64,000 nucleotides of DNA from Nannocystales bacterium. GTDB lineage: Bacteria > Myxococcota_A > Polyangia > Nannocystales > Nannocystaceae. Below are positions 60,634 to 64,000 of the stretch, piece by piece. Every line of letters begins with the position of its first letter. The first letter of the stretch is position 1. The stretch covers positions 256,001-320,000 of the forward strand of contig JBOEGF010000018.1 of NCBI GenBank assembly GCA_050633305.1, given 5' to 3'. The notes below the pieces were generated by a model. That model saw nothing but the letters and a program-made list of their open reading frames with translations. It searched no databases and was not told where the DNA came from. Both the position numbers and the translations under genes were made by a program.

Positions 60634-62274
60634 GTGAAGCTCCGCCCCTATCAGCGAGAGGCCATCGAGGCGGTGCTCGACGCACGTCGCCGAGGGATCC
60701 GGCGCATGCTCTTGGCGCTGCCCACCGGGGCTGGCAAGACCATCATCTTCTCCGAGTTGATCCGGCGCGCGAAGCACCCGGTGTTGGTGCTCGCGCACCG
60801 AGATGAGTTGCTCGCACAGGCTCGCTCCAAGATCGAGGCCGCGTTGCGTCGCAACGCGAACGACAAGCGTACGGTCTCCCTGGAACGGGGCCTCCGCCGT
60901 GCATCTCGCGACGCTGGGGTTGTGGTCGCCTCGATTCGCTCGCTGCACGAAGGACGCATCGGCCCCGCGTTGGCGGGACGGGACCTTCGACTGGTCATCT
61001 ATGACGAGTGCCATCATGCCGTGGCGGACTCGAATCGTCGTGTCCTCGAGCAGATCGGGGTGTTTTCGCCTGACTGGCCCGGGACTCTGGTCGGCTTCAC
61101 CGCGACGACGCGCCGGGCCGACGGACGTGGTCTCGGAGAGGTCTTCGAAGAGATCGTCTATGAACGTTCGCTCCGCGAGATGATCGACGACGGCTACTTG
61201 CGTCCACTTCGAGGACTCCGGTTCTCGACCGCGGCGGACCTCTCTTCTGTGACCGTGCGTGGGGAGGACTACGACGAAGATGAACTGGAGGAAGCGGTCG
61301 ACGTGGAGAGCCGCAACTTGCTGGTGGCACGGGCAATTCAAGAATGCACGCGAGATCGCCGGACGATCGCATTCTGTGTCACGGTCCGGCACGCCGAGAA
61401 CCTGGCTCGTTCGCTGCGTGAGCTAGGAGTTCCTGCGGCAATGGTTTGTGGAGAGATGCCCAAACCCGATCGCAGCCGAACACTGCAGCGCTTCGCAGAA
61501 GGGGCGCTACGGGTCATCACGAACGTGGGGGTGCTGACCGAAGGGTTCGACGACCCTGGGGTCTCCGCGGTGGCCATGGTTCGCCCAACCCGGTCGGTCT
61601 CGATGTACCTCCAGTGTGTCGGACGAGGCATGCGGCTCTCGCCGGACTCCGAAGACTGTTTGGTGCTCGACTTCGTCGACCTCTCGGCCCTCGACGTGGT
61701 CACCACCGCGACGCTCGACGCCTCGTCTCGCTCCGGCGAGCCGCAAGAGGAAGGGCAGCCCGAGGACGACGACGAGTCCCCACCGCGCGAAGAGCCTCTC
61801 ACGCTGCCCTTCGATGAGCCGGGAGACGAAGCGCCGGCGACCCTGGCCGAGATCCAGGAACGCCTCGCTCAGTTTGACCCGCTCACGATGGACCAGCGCG
61901 AGGAGACGGCAGCGATCTCCATCAACGCCTGGCTGTCGCTGGGGTCCCAAGGAATGATGCTGCACTTCCAGTCGCACGACGGGGAGCTGCGGTTCTTCGC
62001 CCTCAAGCCGCAGGGACGACAAGGTGCGACGGTCTGGCTCGGCGACCGTCGCCTGGGCAGGTTCTCGACGATGGCTGAGGCGGTTCAGGCGGTCGATGAG
62101 GAGCTGCCGAAGTATGGGCCGCCCCAGAGTGCTGACCCCGCTGCGGCGTGGCGGCTGGAACCGCTCCCCGACCCGCTGCGCTGCGCGGTCGATGCGTTGC
62201 GGCCCCCACGGCACGCACCCGACGTCGGAACGGCCCTGGCCCACCTCGCGCTGGCGCAGGCGCTCGAGAACTGA
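60634..62274 (+). CDS. SF2 DEAD/DEAH-box helicase (Irc3/YejH-like)
   Basis: LRPYQ Q-motif; PTGAGKT; DECHH; TAT; VLTEGFD; YLQCVGRGMR. Confidence 0.9.
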   Translation: MKLRPYQREAIEAVLDARRRGIRRMLLALPTGAGKTIIFSELIRRAKHPVLVLAHRDELLAQARSKIEAALRRNANDKRTVSLERGLRRASRDAGVVVASIRSLHEGRIGPALAGRDLRLVIYDECHHAVADSNRRVLEQIGVFSPDWPGTLVGFTATTRRADGRGLGEVFEEIVYERSLREMIDDGYLRPLRGLRFSTAADLSSVTVRGEDYDEDELEEAVDVESRNLLVARAIQECTRDRRTIAFCVTVRHAENLARSLRELGVPAAMVCGEMPKPDRSRTLQRFAEGALRVITNVGVLTEGFDDPGVSAVAMVRPTRSVSMYLQCVGRGMRLSPDSEDCLVLDFVDLSALDVVTTATLDASSRSGEPQEEGQPEDDDESPPREEPLTLPFDEPGDEAPATLAEIQERLAQFDPLTMDQREETAAISINAWLSLGSQGMMLHFQSHDGELRFFALKPQGRQGATVWLGDRRLGRFSTMAEAVQAVDEELPKYGPPQSADPAAAWRLEPLPDPLRCAVDALRPPRHAPDVGTALAHLALAQALEN

Positions 62275-62294
62275 GAGAGCGGAAGCCCTGTCCG

Positions 62295-63284
62295 CTACCT
62301 TGGCTGCGCGCAGGCGCTCGCGTGTTCAATGTCGACGGTGAGGGGTGCCATCAAGTCAACGAAGTTGTCCGCGCCGATGTACAGGGTGCTGTCCCAATCG
62401 CTGATGTCGGCCTCGACGTCGAAGAACGGGACCAGGGTGTCCTCCGACTCCCCCCGTTCGAAGATGATTCGGCCCTCCGCCTCACGCAGTCCAACCCAAG
62501 GGGTGTCGAACTTGTCGAACGGCACGGTGGTCAGATCTGTGAACCCCCCCGCGTGCCAGGACCGAGCATGAACTTGCTCGGCAGCCTCATCCACGACGAT
62601 GTCGTAGGAGTCGACGCCGCCTTCGCGGGTCAGAGAGATGATCGCTTGGAGACCGCTGGCGCTGGGGACGTCGTACAGGGCGACGTGGAACCATCCTCCC
62701 TGGAATCGAACTGGCGTCGGGCGGCGAATCCAGGTCGGCTGGTCTCCCGCCTCCATCGTCGGCCTGAGTTCGACGATGCCTCCGGACAGCTCGACCGTGC
62801 CTGGACCCTCGGTCTCCCAGTCGGGCCACAGCTCCTTGTCGTCAAACCCGTCCATGGGCAAGACTTCGCATTCCGGCGTCGGTCCGGTGGTGCTGCTTTC
62901 TGCGGGGTCGCCGGTTTCGCTCGACGACGCAGAGGACGAGGACGCGCCCGTTTCTGACGTCGCGTCCGTGGAAAGCGTCGTCGCTGTGGACGCGGTGGAG
63001 GTCGTCGTACCGGTCGCGGCTGCGCTGGTGTCCGTGTCGTCTGGCCCGCCCTGAGGAACGCACATGTTTGCGAACCCGCCGCCGGCCAGCTCTCCATAGC
63101 GGGCTCCGCTCTCGCACATGGCGTCTGGAAACGCGCAGAAACCGTTGCTTTGGCAGGTTCCGACCCCTTCTCCGGTGCAGTCGGTGTCGGCGGCGCACGT
63201 AAAAACACCGCTCGACGACGTGCAGGCGGCCAGTGCGGGGGCGAGCCCGCCCAACAGTCCGAGTCGGAGGACCCACCTGCGCAT
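62295..63284 (-). CDS. Lipoprotein with Cys-rich N-terminal module, T/S linker and probable beta-sandwich
   Basis: Lipobox LAAC; FTC..DTDC...GTC..NGFCAFPD..CESG.RYG....MCV. Confidence 0.8.
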   Translation of the reverse strand: MRRWVLRLGLLGGLAPALAACTSSSGVFTCAADTDCTGEGVGTCQSNGFCAFPDAMCESGARYGELAGGGFANMCVPQGGPDDTDTSAAATGTTTSTASTATTLSTDATSETGASSSSASSSETGDPAESSTTGPTPECEVLPMDGFDDKELWPDWETEGPGTVELSGGIVELRPTMEAGDQPTWIRRPTPVRFQGGWFHVALYDVPSASGLQAIISLTREGGVDSYDIVVDEAAEQVHARSWHAGGFTDLTTVPFDKFDTPWVGLREAEGRIIFERGESEDTLVPFFDVEADISDWDSTLYIGADNFVDLMAPLTVDIEHASACAQPR

Positions 63285-63319
63285 CGGCGAATCCTATCAC
63301 GCTGCGTATACTGAGCGCC

Positions 63320-64000
63320 TTGTCTCGCTGGCTCATCCTCGCCTGCGTTGCGCTGACCACTTGCGACGCCGACACCTCGGAGATCCCCGAGGGGGAGTGC
63401 TCGGTTGTTCTCTGGGCGGAACCGCAGCGCTCGTCCGAGACTCTGACCGTTCGTGGGTCGTGGGACGACTGGGCGACGGAGATACCGATGCCCGCGTTCG
63501 ACGGTCGATGGCGGGTCGCCAGTTTTTCTCTCCCGCCCGGGGAGTACGGTTATCAGATCGTCGAGGCCGACAAGGGCCGGCTCGATGCCACGCAAGGACT
63601 GACGCGTTTCCGTTCCAGCGATGGGCAGGAGGTGTCCTGGCTCGAGGTTCACGCGTGCGACGTCCCTCGTATTGAGGAAGTCACCGCGGTCCAGCAGGAC
63701 GGTACGGTGAAGCTGGGGCTCGAGGTCGAGCGAACTCGAACCCGTGCCGAGCTCGATGCCACCGCGGTGTTGGTGGATGGGTCACCGACCGCTGCCGTGG
63801 TGGTCGAGGGTCGACTCGAACTCGAGGTTGGCAACCTCGCCACGGGCAAACACGCGCTCGAGGTGCAAGTCTCCGATGCTGAGGGCGCCACGGGGGTCCA
63901 CAGCGTCGACGTGTGGATGAACGCCAGGGCCGAACGCCCGGAGGACCAGATCATTTACCAGGTGATGATCGATCGCTATCACGGCGACGCGGGGACCGCC
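63320..64000 (+). CDS. GH13 alpha-amylase family lipoprotein with N-terminal CBM48-like domain, 3'-truncated; not in the ORF track
   Basis: Manual translation: MSRWLILACVALTTC...TVRGSWDDW...LPPGEYGYQIV...EDQIIYQVMIDRY; the frame is open to the window end. Confidence 0.8.
   Translation, partial: MSRWLILACVALTTCDADTSEIPEGECSVVLWAEPQRSSETLTVRGSWDDWATEIPMPAFDGRWRVASFSLPPGEYGYQIVEADKGRLDATQGLTRFRSSDGQEVSWLEVHACDVPRIEEVTAVQQDGTVKLGLEVERTRTRAELDATAVLVDGSPTAAVVVEGRLELEVGNLATGKHALEVQVSDAEGATGVHSVDVWMNARAERPEDQIIYQVMIDRYHGDAGTA

Noticed and set aside
60067..62274. NUDIX plus SF2 helicase as a possible anti-phage system
   Set aside because: No nuclease, methylase or other defence partner nearby; the helicase looks like a stand-alone Irc3/YejH type

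Overview
GC-rich bacterial window, almost certainly a myxobacterium (Nannocystaceae-like), judged from MYXO-CTERM sorting signals, Myxococcus Cys-rich repeats, eukaryote-like Ser/Thr kinases and about 20 lipoproteins, many with acidic T/S/G/D linkers. It holds about 47 CDS. I saw no rRNA, tRNA, CRISPR array, integrase or transposase. Left part: flavin oxidoreductase, GST, surface metalloprotease, prolyl oligopeptidase, ECF sigma/anti-sigma pair, clpS-clpA divergent from a FemAB-like (DUF482) GNAT, a TPR kinase, an MBOAT/SGNH O-acetylation pair, and a MalE-MalF fusion with malG. Centre (about 31.9-53.1 kb): an iron/heme cluster. (i) A Fur-boxed, translationally coupled operon: small lipoprotein, HmuY-like, MYXO-CTERM metalloprotease, TonB receptor, HmuY. 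(ii) A divergent double-Kelch lipoprotein. (iii) A Fur-boxed operon: imelysin, DUF1111, DUF1513, imelysin, MauG-like diheme enzyme. (iv) A FecA-like receptor. (v) A second MauG/BthA-type peroxidase under a ZraSR-like sigma54 system, with both promoters and the enhancer visible. Right part: esterase, PHP hydrolase, the rest of the maltodextrin system (porin, GH13, malK), NUDIX, SF2 helicase, and a truncated second GH13 missing from the ORF track. Promoter geometry at many genes suggests widespread leaderless mRNA. All family assignments come from motif recognition by eye, not database searches.
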